Below, piece by piece: positions 62,470-64,000 of a stretch of DNA of 64,000 bases; the first letter of the stretch is position 1, and each line of letters begins with the position of its first letter. The notes below the pieces were generated by a model. That model searched no databases. It was not told the DNA's origin and saw only the letters and a program-made list of their open reading frames with translations. A program made the position numbers and the translations under genes. The stretch is from Leptolyngbyaceae cyanobacterium (GTDB taxonomy: Bacteria > Cyanobacteriota > Cyanobacteriia > Phormidesmidales > Phormidesmidaceae), in contig CBDHHL010000032.1 in NCBI GenBank assembly GCA_965263355.1, positions 1 through 64,000 on the forward strand, read 5' to 3'.

Positions 62470-64000
62470 TTACCGAAACATGTAAAGCCGCCCAAGGGGA
62501 ACTTCTGTAACCGGATCACAGGTGGCTAACTCCCCGTCTACTCTCACCTGGAAGGTGTCAGGATCCACCTCTATTTCAGGACAGGCGTCATTGTGTACCA
62601 TATCTGCCTTAGAGACCGATCGCGTATCCTGCACCGGTAACAATTCTTTTTTCAACCCCAGCCGATCTGGCAATCCCTTCTCCAATGCTGCTTTGGTAAC
62701 AAATCCCACCGATGTAGCCTGGGGTGCGGTGCCAAAGCTACTCCACTGGGGACGATACAGAATGGGTTCACAGGTCATCAGAGACGCATTGGACTCTCCC
62801 ATGGCGGCCCAGGCAATAAAGCCCCCCTTAAATACCACCTCCGGCTTGATGCCAAAGAAACCAGGCTTCCATAGAACAATGTCCGCGAGCTTTCCTGGTT
62901 CGATGGAGCCAACGTAGGCAGAAATTCCCCCGGTTTTGGCTACGTTGATTGTATATTTGGCCAGATAGCGCAAAATACGCTGATTGTCGTTGCGATCGCT
63001 ATCCTCCGGCAATGCCCCCCGCTGGTCCTTCATTTTCGAGGCCAGTTGCCAGGTGCGACAAATCACCTCACCAATGCGGCCCATGCCCTGGCTGTCCGAG
63101 CCCAACATGCTGATCGCTCCCATATCATGGAGAACATCTTCCGCCGCAATGGTTTCCGCCCGAATGCGAGACTCGGCAAAGGCGACATCTTCCGGCACCT
63201 TAGGATTCAGGTGGTGACACACCATCACCATATCCAGATGTTCATCAAAGGTATTGACCGTATAGGGATTGGTAGGATTAGTAGACGACGGCAAACAATG
63301 GTTATAGGCGGCCACTTTAATGATATCTGGGGCATGGCCCCCACCCGCTCCCTCTGTGTGGTACATGTGGATGGTACGGCCTGCGATCGCAGCCATCGTA
63401 TCTTCCACATACCCCGATTCATTCAAGGTATCCGTGTGGATTTGCACCTGAAAATCGTAGCTATCGGCCACCGACAAACAGGTATCAATTAAGGCGGGCA
63501 TGGCTCCCCAGTCTTCGTGAATTTTGAGACCGTAAGCCCCATTTTCCACCTGTTCAACCAAACTTTCTGGCAAGCTGGAACTGCCTTTGCCTAAAAAGCC
63601 AAAGTTAATGGGGAATGCCTCCGCTGCCTGTAGCATAATTCCCAGATTATGCACTCCGCTAGTGCAAATACCCACGGTGACAGGCCCTAAGCCGCCCCCC
63701 AACATTGTTGTAATGCCGCTGGATAACGCTTCGGCACACAGACCGGCACTGTCAAAGTGGACGTGGCAGTCCAGGCCCCCCGGCGTAGCAATCAACCCTT
63801 CCCCAGCCCGGACATCGGTATTGGCACCAATGAGTAAATTGGGCAATACCCCATCCATGATGCCGGGATTTCCTGCTTTGCCGATGCCAACAATTTTGCC
63901 ATCCTTAATGCCGATATCCGTTTTCACGACACCCTGAACCGGGTCAATCAGCACCACATTGGTAATCACCATATCCAGGGCACCTGCCGCCGCTGTGGCC
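62470..64000 (-). CDS. ureC: Urease alpha subunit, divergent type (partial, 5' end outside the window)
   Basis: [37 protein letters not shown] and SDSQGMGR; frame open to the window edge. Confidence 0.95.
   Translation of the reverse strand, partial: ATAAAGALDMVITNVVLIDPVQGVVKTDIGIKDGKIVGIGKAGNPGIMDGVLPNLLIGANTDVRAGEGLIATPGGLDCHVHFDSAGLCAEALSSGITTMLGGGLGPVTVGICTSGVHNLGIMLQAAEAFPINFGFLGKGSSSLPESLVEQVENGAYGLKIHEDWGAMPALIDTCLSVADSYDFQVQIHTDTLNESGYVEDTMAAIAGRTIHMYHTEGAGGGHAPDIIKVAAYNHCLPSSTNPTNPYTVNTFDEHLDMVMVCHHLNPKVPEDVAFAESRIRAETIAAEDVLHDMGAISMLGSDSQGMGRIGEVICRTWQLASKMKDQRGALPEDSDRNDNQRILRYLAKYTINVAKTGGISAYVGSIEPGKLADIVLWKPGFFGIKPEVVFKGGFIAWAAMGESNASLMTCEPILYRPQWSSFGTAPQATSVGFVTKAALEKGLPDRLGLKKELLPVQDTRSVSKADMVHNDACPEIEVDPDTFQVRVDGELATCDPVTEVPLGRLYMFR

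Overview
Chromosomal window from a filamentous cyanobacterium, inferred from frequent HIP1 GCGATCGC sites, sepJ, gun4, a Fed2-type ferredoxin and XisH/XisI genes. It has three parts. (1) Bases 1-7.3 kb: an accretion array of toxin-antitoxin and nuclease cassettes (XisHI twice, VapBC, Uma2, HigBA, HNH pair), many internally deleted. The cassettes are separated by four copies of the promoter plus first 16-17 codons of an ABC-permease gene that runs off the left edge. (2) Bases 7.6-48 kb: mostly core or ordinary genes (monomeric icd, leuA, ABC1 kinase, gun4, sepJ, tRNA-Ser, ferredoxins, suhB, hisZ, HU, tldD/pmbA, two class III cyclases), plus a CmoA-like enzyme/LysE/Cache-cyclase trio and a ~73-bp MITE-like repeat in four copies. 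(3) Bases 48.4-64 kb: a putative nitrogen-scavenging island with CobW, a Co-type nitrile hydratase and its accessory protein, and a divergent urease operon (ureC-G-D-E-F) with a remodelled substrate pocket. This island contains an IS4-family element (17-bp TIRs, 6-bp TSD). Its transposase is split exactly in the catalytic YREK glutamate codon by a 2.56-kb large-serine-recombinase element whose attP and attB can be rebuilt from the sequence. Protein family calls come from motif recognition, not database searches.
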